A stretch of 64,000 nucleotides of DNA. It comes from a virus. Its lineage: Duplodnaviria > Caudoviricetes. A model generated the notes under the pieces. That model saw nothing but the letters and a program-made list of their open reading frames with translations, was not told the DNA's origin and made no database searches. The position numbers were made by a program, and so were the translations under genes. Of the stretch, positions 34,588 to 46,643 are shown in pieces. Each line of letters opens with the position of its first letter. Within the stretch, counting starts at the first letter, position 1. The stretch is taken from positions 96,001 through 160,000 of IMG/VR virus record IMGVR_UViG_3300028591_000003; one strand, given 5' to 3'.

Positions 34588-37500
34588 ATGAATTTACAAA
34601 TTTATTAGAAATCCTTAAAACAAAAAGGAAATATAGCATACGAATATCATCCATTTCACAATTATCAAACTAGTGTAGACATATATAAAGTAGAAAAAGA
34701 TGGAATAGAATATTGTATTCCATATAAACAAGCAATAAATTTAGATAATGGTGAACTCCTTAATAAAATTGAAAATGGAAGTTATTGGGTAGATAAAAGA
34801 AGCAGAATAATTGAAAATTATATTACTTGGGATGGTCATTATATTAATGGAGGAAAATTTGAAAGTGTTCCTTCAGAAATATTATATCCAGCAGGTTCTT
34901 TAATTGATTTAGATACTGACAAATTAAATTTCGATTTAAATCATCCTGTTGATATAACAATACAACCATCTTATGACGGTTCTGTAAATTTAATTCTTAA
35001 TGATGACAAAAATATTCCAAGATTAATTAATTCTAGATTTTCTGTAAGAGAGAAAAATACATACGAAATAGTAGATAGAATAGGTGAAAATGATACTAAT
35101 ATATATAATTCAGATACTTTTGATAAAGATACTTCATTATATTTTTAGTGTGAAACAAATCCTGTTATAAAATATTTAGGATTTATAAATGGAATATTAC
35201 CAGTAGGACAATATTGTTTTTATTTTACATATTGTGATGCTGATGATAATGAATCCGATTATATTGCAGAATCTGGATTAATACCTGTATTTATTGGTTC
35301 AGATTCTGATCCTAACTCAATAGATGGAGGGATAAAGAATCAAAATTCTAATAAAGGTATTAGATTAAGACTTAATAATATAGACAAATCTTATAATTAT
35401 TTAAAAGTATATTATGTAAGATATTTTGCAGATTATGAACAAAATAGGGTTTATGAATGTAAAAAAATTTATCAAAAATATCCTATAAATTCTAACCTAT
35501 TATATCTTCAAATAACTGGAAATGAAGAAGCTGAAGATATTGATCCAAATATCTTAAATATACAAAGATTTAATCCAAAAAGTATATTAACACAAGCACA
35601 ATGTAAAAATATGTTATTTTTTGGAAATATTGTAAAAAATACTGATAATTATACTGAGTTATAGGATTGTGCTTTAAGAATTATTCCAAAAGTATATGAG
35701 AAAGACTTCGAGAAACTTAATAACGATTATGAATCTAATCAAACATATTGTTATTATAATTCTATAAATATATATAATCAGGTTGGATATTTCGATCAAG
35801 AATTCTATAGATTTGGAATAGTATTCATTTATAAAAACGGAACATTATCTAATGTTTACAATACATTAGGATGTACTTTAAGTCCAGAAGATAAAGAAAA
35901 TAAAGAAAATAATTGCAAAATAAAAACTCAATTATTTGTTAATAATAATGAAGGTTTAAGAATTAGACAATATATTAAAATTGATGATTTTGGATGGATT
36001 AAAAATGAAATTGGATAGAATTTAAATGCTAGAGGTGTATGTTAGTTTAAATATAACAAGGAGTATAACGATTCTAAAATTTTCGGAATTAAATTTGAAA
36101 TCCCTATAGAAGTTATAGATTATTTAAAAAAAGATTTAGGTGTAAGAGGATTATTTTTCGTAAGACAAAAAAGAATTCCTAATGTTTTAGCTCAATGTTA
36201 TCTAATGCCTTTAGATAAAATATTAGAAGCACCTGTAATTAAAATTGGAAATGAATATCAAACTGAATGTTTTGTAACACAAAATGATAGATTGATAAGA
36301 CATGATTATAAATCTAGACTTTATAAATATTAGAATAAAACAGATAATATAAGTAAAAATGCTTATGCTGCTATTTGTCCTGATTTTCTTTTAAATTAGC
36401 CTTATTATAATCAAATTTTTAACGGAGGAAAATTCAGAATACAACAAATCTCAAAATCCAATTCTGAATTAGTAAGTAATTCAAGATATTATAAAGAAAA
36501 AGAGGATACTAAATATGAAGTAAATAAAAATCTTAATTTAGTTAAAATATGTTCAGTTACTGAAAATGTTTCTCAGGTTGCTATAAATGATTAGATTTTT
36601 AGTTTAAATAAGGGATATGCTGAAGAGGTTTTTAGATTTAAATATGCTGAATAGGATAATAGTAGTTATACTTTAGGAGAAGGTTCTTCAGAAGATGTAA
36701 CTAAAGCAACTAATATTGTAAGAGGAATATATTCCCCGTTTTTAGCTATATATTCTTCTTAGCCGTTAAACGTAAATGCTCTTTATAATATATATCGAGA
36801 AAATGTAATTAATATTATACAAGAATTTCAAAATAGAATGGATTCATCTGAACCATTTTATGCTATAAGTGATAGATATAATTTTGAAGATTTAGATACA
36901 ATCTCAAATACAAAAATTGTAACTTGTTGGAGAGGTGACTGTTATTTAAATACTTTTACTTATAGATTAAATAGAAATTTCAATGATCCAACTTTACCAA
37001 ATAATGATACTATTATTGATGAAAAAACTTGGTTAAATAATTATGATGCTGAAGACTAGACAAAATGGGAAAAAATTTCTAGGTCTGATTTAAATGCAAT
37101 TTAGATGGGAAGTTGGATTACATTTAAAGTAAGAAGTTATATGAATTATGCTCTTCGTTCTGAAGATCATTCATACGTTTCTGAAGAAGCGTTGATGGGA
37201 AGTCCTAGAAGTTTTTATCCTCGTTAGAAAGTAATGTGGAAAGGAAATAATAAATAGCCAGATTCATATTTATACAATGATGCATATAGAGCATCACTTG
37301 GATTCAAATGTTATTTTACATTACAAGATATAAATTATTTAAAAAATTCTTTTTCAAATAGAATATAGTATTCTGCAATATCTATTTAGGATTCTTTTAA
37401 AAATAATTATAGAGAATCATTATCGACATATTTTAGAGATTATTCTCAAGAATACGGAGGAATAACTAAATTAGTAGGATTTGAAGGATACTTATTAGTA

Positions 37501-39432
37501 ATATTCGAACACGCCATTGCTGTCGCTGTAGTTAACGAAAGAGTTTTAGCTGGAAATGGAGATGGTGAACCTGTATTTATTAATACACAAAATGTTCTTC
37601 CAGAAGAATTAACAATAATTTCTGATACATACGGAACTCAATGGGGAGATTCTGTAATTAAATCTGAAGTCGGATATGTTTATGGTGTTGATACAATCGC
37701 TAAAAAGATATGGAAAGTTAAAGGATAGTAGATAGAAATATTATCTGATTTAAAAGTTAATAAATTTTTAATTGATAATATTTCTTTAGGTGAAAGAGAA
37801 GTATATCCAATAATAGGTCTTAAAAATGTAAAAACTCATTATAATAATAATAAAAAAGATATAATATTTACATTTTATGATGATATTTACAAAGATGAAG
37901 AAAAAGTATGGAGTCTTTGCTATAATGAATTATTAAATCAATTTATAACATTTTATAGTTGGATTCCGAGTTTTTCTGAAAATATTGATACTTAGTTCTT
38001 TACTTTTAATAGAAATACAGCTAAAAAACTTTCATTATTAAGTAAATGTAATTATGCTATTCCAGAAAATACTGGAGTTTTAGTTGATACTCCAATATTA
38101 AAAGAATCTGATAATTATTATCAAACACAATTATATTATTGTACAATTAATAAAGAAATATATGGTGTTGGAGATAATTTAATTACAAAAGAAATTAATA
38201 GATATTTATAGAAAGACGTTAAATTCCATTTAGAAAAAGATCATTGGAAATACTACGAATAGGTAAATATTAATGAAAATACCGGAGAAGTTAAAGTTGC
38301 TAAAGGATTATTTAATAATAATGATATAATTATAATATATATTACACCTTATATAGAAAATAATAATGGTAAAATTATTTTATAGACAGAAAGTATAGCT
38401 TTAACTATCCCTGATAAATTAAATGAATATACAACACATTTTTATATTCATGGATAGTCTGGTATAATTACTGATAAAGACCCTATTTATCCAACACACT
38501 GGTATGATGAATATCATCCATTCGAATTTGAATTTGTTGTAAATGACAAAATTGCACAACAAAAAATATTTTAGAATTTGATAATAATATCAAATAAAGC
38601 TGAGCCAGAATCTTTCCATTTTGAAATTGAGGGAGATAATTATGAATTTTCTTCTGATAAACGTACAATGTATTTTAGACAAGAATCAACTAAAAATTTA
38701 TTTTAGAACCTCGGCTCTGATATATTATATGATAGAGATTTTGAAAATGTAAAATCGAACGGATATACTTATGAACAATATTATAGAGGTAATGGAATAA
38801 ATCCTGACAATGGAACTAAAAATAACTATGAAAGTTATAAAAATTCATATCCTGTACAAAATAAAGGATTAGTTAGACAAGTAAAATCTACTATATTTCC
38901 ATTATACTATGAAAGAATTGATACATACAATGATATTTATCATCATTATTCAGAAATGAAAGGTAATAATTACGATTTTAAAAATCTTTCAGGTTCAGAA
39001 ATAAAATGGATTAAAGATTCAAATCAATTTGATATTGTTACTCATATTAAAAATAGTCCAATTGATTTAGTTGGAAGAATGAGAGGAAATTCTATGTATA
39101 AAGAGGGAAAATGGAATATTCAAATTCCTTCAATTATATTTAGTTAGAAAAATGAAAATTGGACTGACTTACCTCCTATAATAGTTAATTCTCAAAATAT
39201 TCCAAATGATTTAAGAACTGAAAAAGTATCTAAAGACAAACTTCCAAACATTTATATAAATCCCGAACAAGAAGATTTGGATTTAAGAAATTATTTGGAA
39301 GTTGGAGAATGGACTAATAGAAAGGAAACTAAAATCAGAGATAAATGGATAAAAATAAGAATTAGATATAGTGGAAAGAACTTAGCTGTTATACACAGTT
39401 TAATTACTTTATATAATATAAGTTATAGTTAA
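34588..39432 (+). CDS. Tail stabilisation/muzzle-like protein, part 2 (1614 aa)
   Basis: One frame including ORFs 36838 and 38956. 'MLFFGNI', 'YRFGIVF', 'WRGDCYLNTF', 'FITFYSWIP', C-terminus 'KIRDKWIKIRIRYSG'. Confidence 0.75.
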
Positions 39433-39437
39433 TAATT

Positions 39438-40721
39438 ATGGCACTAGATATAAAATTTGAAATACCAACAGCTGATCAATTACTCAAATAGACTAATATA
39501 GGAAATTTAGGACTTGACTTAAATAAAGTTTATCCTCCTCCTAAATTAAGCAAACCTAACAATCCATTAGCTCCAAGCGGTACTAAATTAAGAAAACAAC
39601 AATTAAATAATCCATTAAGTACTGGAATTAATGCAGGAATTAGTTTTCTATCCGATAAAGTTTCTGATAAAATATTTGATGATTCTGAAATTGGTAGAGC
39701 TACTGGAACTTTATTTAGTTCTGGAGTAACAGCAGCAGGAAATACTATTGTTGATAATTTAATCAAGGGTAATATTTTTTCTGACGGACTTGCTTAGAAT
39801 GTAGGAGCTTCTTTAGCTGGTGCTGGAGCTGGAATTGCTGCTAATTATATGGGAAAAGGAATAACTTCTTTAATGGGAGATTCTAGATTAGGTAGAGCAG
39901 TTGGTTCTGGATTTGCTACTGCTGCTGGAACATTAGGTGGAAATGCTGCTGCAAAAGCTTTAGGTACTACAGTTAGTGCTATTAATCCATATGCTTTAGG
40001 AGCACAAGTATTAGGTTCTGCTTTAGGAGCTGCTACTGGACCATCAAATGAATATAATGGTGAATACGGTGGAATTACAAGAACTATGGATACAGCATAT
40101 GATGTTGCAACTATAGGAGCAAATTTTATACCAGTTGGTGGTCAAATAATTTCTGGAGCGATGGCTCTTAATAAAGGACTATCTAATATATTTGGTTCAA
40201 CTGATGGAATGACTGTTTAGGATGCTATTCTAGGCTCTGCTTTTATGCCCGCTCCTGTTAAATGGTTGAATATGGTAGGTTCTTCTAAAACCGGAGGATT
40301 CCAAAATTAGTCTTGGTAGAATTCCGAAAAAACAAATTCTTTTATGCAGAATGCTTTCGGAGATTTAGGTGATAAATTTGATTAGGCTAGAAGAGAAGCA
40401 GGTAAAACTTATGGAACTTTTGCTCAAGGAGCTAAAAGAAGAGCACAAGATAATCTCAATTTTGCCAATTATGCTTGGAATAGGGTATTATCAATGGCTG
40501 ATTAGAATGAACTCCAAAATATCAGAAGTTAGGCTATGTCATCTATTAATAATTAGAGATATGCTCAAATGATTCAAGGTGGCTATTCTCCTTTAGCGAT
40601 AGGTAAACAAGGAATGAAGATATTTGATAATGCAACTAACCATAATATAGGAATGAGACTATTATCGGCAGCTGCATTAATTGATAATAAACAAATGATA
40701 TTATGTAGCGCAGTAGATTAA
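39438..40721 (+). CDS. Gly/Ala-rich putative ejected cargo protein with hydrophobic helices (427 aa)
   Basis: Includes ORF 39849 in frame. TAA 40719-40721. Confidence 0.7.
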
Positions 40722-41869
40722 AAAATATAATTAATAAATCAAAAACTATTTCCAATAAACAAGAAGTTGGAAATCCTTTTGATTAGTTTAAAAAATCTCT
40801 TCCTATAGAGATTGATGATAATTATCGTCTAGAGGCTGCTTGGAAAGCTTATGGCAAACCTAAAGATTACAAAGAAGCTTTATGGTAGGGATTGATACAA
40901 CCAATAGATGAAAATAATATTAAATTACCCTCGATTGGCTACAATGAAGAAACAGATGAATACGAGTATCTTAATAAAGGTAAAGAAAATGAAACTGTGG
41001 CCAAAGATATTCGAGTATGGGATAATGATGTAATTCCATTAGTTAAAGAACTTAAACTTGGAGGATATATTAGAGTTTATAATGAAGAAAAAAATTGTTG
41101 GATATACAGTAAAAATAAACCACAAGAAACCTAGAATGAATAGAGGGAAGTAATTGATAGTTTTTAGAAAGGTGGAAAACCTAAACCTAAATTTGAAGAT
41201 TGGTATAAAACTGTTCCGAAAGAAAAAAACGATACGACTAATTATGATTTAGAAAAAGCATATAATGAATTGCCTTTTGAAGAATTAGAATAGTTTAGAA
41301 CAATTCCAGAAAAACATCTTGATGGAAGATTTAAAAAACCTAATCATATTACATATTCTGATGAGGGATATGGCTGGATAGGTTCTGATAAAATAGGGTG
41401 GACATTTTATCCAAGTCCCAGACAACAGCAATTATATCCTTATGAGAAATATGTGGAATATTGGAATCAAAATGAACCTAATTCTATATTAAATTATAAT
41501 GGAAAAATATATAAAGTATCTCCACAAGCTTTTAAACAAGGTGGACAAATGAATGTTATCCCAGAAGGTGCTCTTCATGCTAGAAAAAATAACATGGAAG
41601 GTGCTGGAGAAGATTTCACTGCTAAAGGTATTCCTGTAATTGATAATAAAGGAGAACAAGTTGCTGAGATTGAACGCGAAGAAATTATTTTCTGTAAAAG
41701 AGTAACAGATAAAATAGAAGAAGCTTATACGAAGTTTAATTCTGAAGATATTTCTAATTCTGAAAAAGACGAATTAGCAATTAAGATAGGAAAATTCTTA
41801 ACAAAAGAAATACTTGAAAATACTGAAGATAATACTAATTTAATATAGGAGGTGGAATAGAAAATGTAA
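40703..41869 (+). CDS. Putative cargo protein (388 aa)
   Basis: ORFs 40892 and 41453 are in one frame. 'FKQGGQMNVIPEGALHARKN...GIPV...AEIEREEIIF'. The start (ATG TAG) is uncertain. Confidence 0.65.
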
Positions 41870-41870
41870 T

Positions 41871-42482
41871 ATGATAGAAGCAAAAAAAACTAAAAACATA
41901 GGTAGTATAAAACTTGGTGGACAAGAATACGATATATTTATTGCTAAATCTGAAGAATAGAAAAAACAAGGATTACAAAATTTTGAATCGCTTCCATCTG
42001 ATGAAGGAATGTTATTTGTAATAAATGAAACTAATCCAGTTGAAACATTTTTTCATATGCATAATGTACCATTTCCTTTGGATTTAGTATTTATGGATGA
42101 TGAATTTAAAGTATTAGACGTTAAAAGAGGTAATCCAGAAGATGATAAAATTGAAGGAATAGCTTCATATGTACTTGAAGTAAACGCTAATTCTGGAATA
42201 AAAAAAGGCGACGAAGCAGATTTAGATGATGACGATTCTACAAAATATGTAATGAAAGTATTAGGTCCAACAGGAGAAGTTCAAATGCATTTAGAATCAG
42301 GAGAAAGAATAGTTAGTAGAAAAGAAACTAAAATTCTTATTAAAAAAGCTTTAAAGGCTAATTATTCAAAAGAAGATAAAGACTATAAAGCACTTGGAAA
42401 ATATATATTTAAAGTATTAAAAGGATAGAATGAACGTCCTGCTGAATATGTTGAAAGTCCAAAAGGAAAGGATGGTGAATAA
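41871..42482 (+). CDS. DUF192 (UPF0127) family protein (203 aa)
   Basis: 'IAKSEE(Q)KKQGL...LPSDEGMLFV...FHMHNVPFPLDLVFMD...YVLEVNA...IKKGD'. Confidence 0.8.
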
Positions 42483-43171
42483 TGGCCGATTTATAGTATA
42501 ACTTTTTAGATAATAATTTTACTACATATGAAAATGTAGAAACTCCGAAAGTGGAATTATTACAACCTTTATCTGATGATCCTATTGATATTTCTGATTG
42601 GGCTGTAGGAGTAACAAAATCCGGAACTCCAATAGTTAAAAATAATATTAGTAGCGAAATAAAAATTAACAATAATCCAGAAATATCATCTACTAAAACA
42701 AATAATACAGCACCTTCTCCTGAATAGAAATCAGAAGAACCTAAAATAACAATTGATAAATCAGATAAAAAACAATATGCTAAATAGTTCTTTATAAATA
42801 AAGGACTTTCCGAACATACAGCAGCTGGAATTGTAGGAAATCTTTTATAGGAAAGTAATTTAAATACTAAAGCTAAGGGAGATAGTGGAAAAGCGTTTGG
42901 TATAGCATAGTGGCATCCAGATAGACAAAGAGGATTAAAAGCTTTAGCTGATTCGAGAGGAACTGATATAACAGATTTTGATACACAGCTAGAATATGTA
43001 TGGTAGGAATTGAATACTACAGAAAGATCTGCATTAGAACATTTATTAAGAACAAATACTATTGAAGAAGCTACAATATCTTTTATGGATAGATTCGAAA
43101 GACCTAACAAAGATCCAAGAATAAATAAAATAAAGAAAAGAATTGAATACGCAAGATCATTATATGGATAA
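42482..43171 (+). CDS. Phage lysozyme (Phage_lysozyme2-like muramidase) with low-complexity N-terminal region (229 aa)
   Basis: 'AAGIVGNLL(Q)ES...AFGIA(Q)W..DR...TQLEYVW(Q)EL...FERP'. Absent from the code-11 ORF track. Confidence 0.85.
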
Positions 43172-43394
43172 AATTAAATTAATAACTGTTTTTCTTAAAA
43201 ATAGTGGAGGAATTAGTTCAAAAAGAGTAATTGCTTTGACAGGATGTTATATTTGTTTTGGATTATTAATTTTTGCATTTATTTTTAATAAAGATGTTCC
43301 CGAATTTGGAGAAGTTGTTTTCATAGGATGTTTATCCTTATATGGAATAGAAGTAGTTCCGAATTTTGGAACTAAATCTATTAATAAATCTTAA
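43164..43394 (+). CDS. Putative holin with two TM segments (76 aa)
   Basis: 'GISSKRVIAL' precedes two hydrophobic helices, with a basic C-terminus. Adjacent to the lysozyme. Confidence 0.55.
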   Translation: MDKIKLITVFLKNSGGISSKRVIALTGCYICFGLLIFAFIFNKDVPEFGEVVFIGCLSLYGIEVVPNFGTKSINKS

Positions 43395-43397
43395 AAT

Positions 43398-43428
43398 TTT
43401 GATTACTATTAAAAAATAGATATTTTTA
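43398..43428 (+). promoter_or_regulatory. Possible Bacteroidota-type promoter (TTTG-N19-TATTTTTA, one mismatch)
   Basis: Same geometry as the 20897 site. Followed by a 9-bp inverted repeat AAATGATAT/ATATCATTT (43432-43461). Confidence 0.35.
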
Positions 43429-43487
43429 TTGAAATGATATTAAAAAATTAATATATCATTTAAAATTTATTTAAATATTTAAATATT

Positions 43488-43793
43488 ATGAAATTTAAAG
43501 TAAACAATCAAGAATTTATTAAATTCATGCAAGAAGGTGGTGTAGCTCCGGAAGCAGCAGCACCAGAAGAAGCTCCAGCAGCTCCAGAATAGGCTGGTGG
43601 AAGTCCAGAAGAATAGATTATTCAGGCTGCAATGCAAGCTGTTCAAACACAAGATGGTCAATTAGCATTATAGGTATGTCAAGCACTTGTTGAAATGGCT
43701 GGTGGTGGTGCTCCAGCAGAACAAGCTGCACCAGAAGGTTAGGCACCTATTTATAAAAAAGGTGGAAAACTTAGTAGATGGATTTAGAAATGA
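43488..43793 (+). CDS. Small Ala/Pro/Gln-rich putative internal virion protein (101 aa)
   Basis: Open with TAG=Gln. 'FMQEGG' near the N-terminus and 'YKKGGKL' near the C-terminus. Followed by a terminator. Confidence 0.75.
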
Positions 43794-43799
43794 TTAACT

Positions 43800-43838
43800 A
43801 AGGCAAATACGACACGTTAAAAGTCGTGTTTGCCTTTT
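43800..43838 (+). terminator. Rho-independent terminator
   Basis: AAGGCAAATACGAC...GTCGTGTTTGCCTT hairpin followed by TT. Confidence 0.8.
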
Positions 43839-43859
43839 ATTATTTAAAATATATATAAT

Positions 43860-46643
43860 ATGGCTGATATACAATATTTAAATTATGGTGATTAGCAAAT
43901 AGAATAGTAGGCATTATTAAATAATTTAGCGAATGATGTACAAAATTATGTATAGAATTAGCCCTGGAGTAGAAAACGTAAAGAAAAATTTATGTCAGCT
44001 TATTCAGATTTAATGAATAGAGGTATTATAGGTGCTTCAAACAATTCAGGACAATGGATGTTAGATGTAAATGGACCTGATATCCAATTTGATACTATGG
44101 ATAAAAAAGACAAAGAAATGTATCAAGAAGCTGCCTATTATATTAGACAACAAATGTCCAAACTCCCTACTAGAACTAGTCAAGAACAACAATAGCAAAA
44201 AGAACTTCCGACATTTGAATTTAATAATAGTTTTAAGGCTCATGTAAATAAAACCTTTAATGGTGGACAACCTTTACAAATTGGAGGAAGTTCAGATTAG
44301 TGGAATTATTTAGATGAAAGAGACCCTAATACTGGAATTAGAGGAAGAAAAAACAGAGCCGATAAATTAGCAGGACTATTAAAAAGTTATAGAAAAGAAC
44401 TAGGAGATGGTTCTAAATATAATTTTGAAGGTAGTCCTTATAAAGATATTACCGATTTTGATAGTAGATTAAACAAAGCTATAACTGCTTTAGAAACTTA
44501 TGATAATCCTAATGATGATAGAGAAGCATTATAGGCAATAGGTTTAAATTCTGCTGATTGGCTCAACGATGGATCTGGTGATACTACTACATATAATGGA
44601 CAACAAGTAACTTACGGTTAGTTAAATTAGTTGAAATAGGCTGAAGAAAAAGCAAAAAAAGAAGAATTAGAAAAAAATAGATTGCATTTATCCATATCTC
44701 CAATTGCAATGAACGGATAGGATTTAATAGCATTAGGTAAAAAATATAACGGAAATACTAATGCTTTACTTTCTAAAATGAATGAATATTCTTAGAGAGG
44801 ATTAGAAAATCTTTCAGGAGAAGAACTATCTGAATTAGTAGGAACATTTAAATATGGTCATAGAACATCTATTGACGAAGACTTATTTAATAGAATTAAA
44901 TCTTCTTCTCAAATGTTTAAAAATTCTAAAATATAGGATTTTTAGAAAGTTAATGGAATCGAAGGTGCTGTTTGGCATGTTCCTACAGGAAGATTAATAG
45001 GATATTAGACTGCTGAACAACAATAGATGGCCGCTAACTAGTTTAACGATTTTTTAAAAGGATATTCTGCTGAAGAATAGGACTTGTTAAGAAGAGCAAA
45101 TGCTGGAAAAAGACAAATGTTTACTCCGACATTTAATGAAGATGGCTCTATAGATTGGATAAATACAGCAAAAAATGGTGGAATTGATGGTGCTAGATTA
45201 AGTGCCTTAGTGGAAGACATAGGTGCTGGAGTAGCTGCATTTATACCAATGTATGGTACTGCTATTTCAGCAGGACTTTCACTAGATGCTCTTAAACAAG
45301 AACTTTTAGCAGATGTTGCTGACCCAAGTGTATCATGGGGAGAAGTCGGAACAAATGTCATCTTGAATGCAGCATTTACTGCTTTAGGATTATTTCCTGG
45401 AGGTAAATTATTTAGAGCAGGAAAATGGGGTAGAACATTAGCAAGAATGGCTCCATCACTTATTGGAATAGGTATATCTTCTGGAGCATTTGCTTCGTTA
45501 ATGGAAGATGAATCATTTAGATAGTCTTGGGGTAAAATAGCTGATGGAAAAGTAACTGATTTAACTGTCGAAGACGGTAAAAATATAATTAAAGGAGTTA
45601 GTTCAGTAGTCGGAATATTACAAGGAGGAGTAGGTACTTATAATGCATATAAATATAGAAATGCAGGAAAACAAGCTGCAACTAAAGTAAAAACTCAAAC
45701 TGTAAAAACTAATAAAGGTGAAATTCCTGTTAATGATGAACAAGTAAAAGGTCTTAACGAAGCAGTTCAAAAAGGAGGTAAAGATGAAGCAAATAAATAC
45801 TTAAATAAAGAAGTCAAAAACGATGAAAATGCAGGACTTGTATTAGAACAAGAATTACCTTCAGCAACTTCTGCGAAAATAAGAAGTCATGCATTTAATC
45901 CTTTACGTGGAATTACTAAACCTACTGTAAAGGTTTAGAGAACTTATGAAACTCCTTCTCTTAGTACTTCAGTACAATAGAATTTAGCAAGGCTATAGCA
46001 ATAGAATTTAGATGCGAAAGCAGGAAAAGGAACGTATAGATATATTCCAAAATGGGTTAGAGAAAATGTTCCAACTGATTATGATTTATTGACTAAAAAA
46101 TTAGGTACTTCTAGAACAGATTCTTCAACAGAACCTAATTCTTCTTTCTTTCCGAATAAAAATATAGGTAAAAATGAAATTACTCCTTTAAAACCATATA
46201 ATCCTATTGATATAAGAAAACCTGTTTATGAAAATAAAAATTTAGATCCTTTCTCAGCAGAAGCTAAAGCATATAGAGATATACTAAAAGGACATTTTTC
46301 AAAAAATCCTTTGTAGGATAATAAATCTATTACAATAGGAGATTATATTTTTCAAGTTACAAAATAGAAAGATGGAACTTGGTCAATATAGGCAACCAAT
46401 AAAAGTATGACTGATAATCATGTGTAGCATAATTTAAAATCTCAAAAAGAGATTCAAGAATATATGTCTAAAGTTGTTCAACAAATTCGAAAGAATAATT
46501 CAAGTTCCAAATCTGGTAATAGAATGTCTATGGAAAATGTAGGAAAACTTCTAAAGGAATTTAAAGCTAAAGGATGGCTCAAACAAGGTGGACGAATAGA
46601 TAAACAAAGAATACAACGATATAAAAATTTTATAAATAAATGA
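43860..46643 (+). CDS. Putative cargo/ejection protein with a central hydrophobic region (927 aa)
   Basis: ORFs 43992, 45084 and 46089 are in frame. TM-like 'IGAGVAAFIPMYGTAISAG' and 'AAFTALGLFPGG'. TGA 46641-46643. Confidence 0.7.

Noticed and set aside
7345-40572. Short alternative-frame + strand ORFs (7345..7572, 26076..26258, 40369..40572)
   Set aside because: They are nested out of frame within longer supported genes and have no motifs or start context.
40680-40725. Frameshift joining 39438..40721 to 40703..41869
   Set aside because: The overlap is short, there is no X XXY YYZ heptamer in phase or stimulatory structure, and an ATG is available at 40703.
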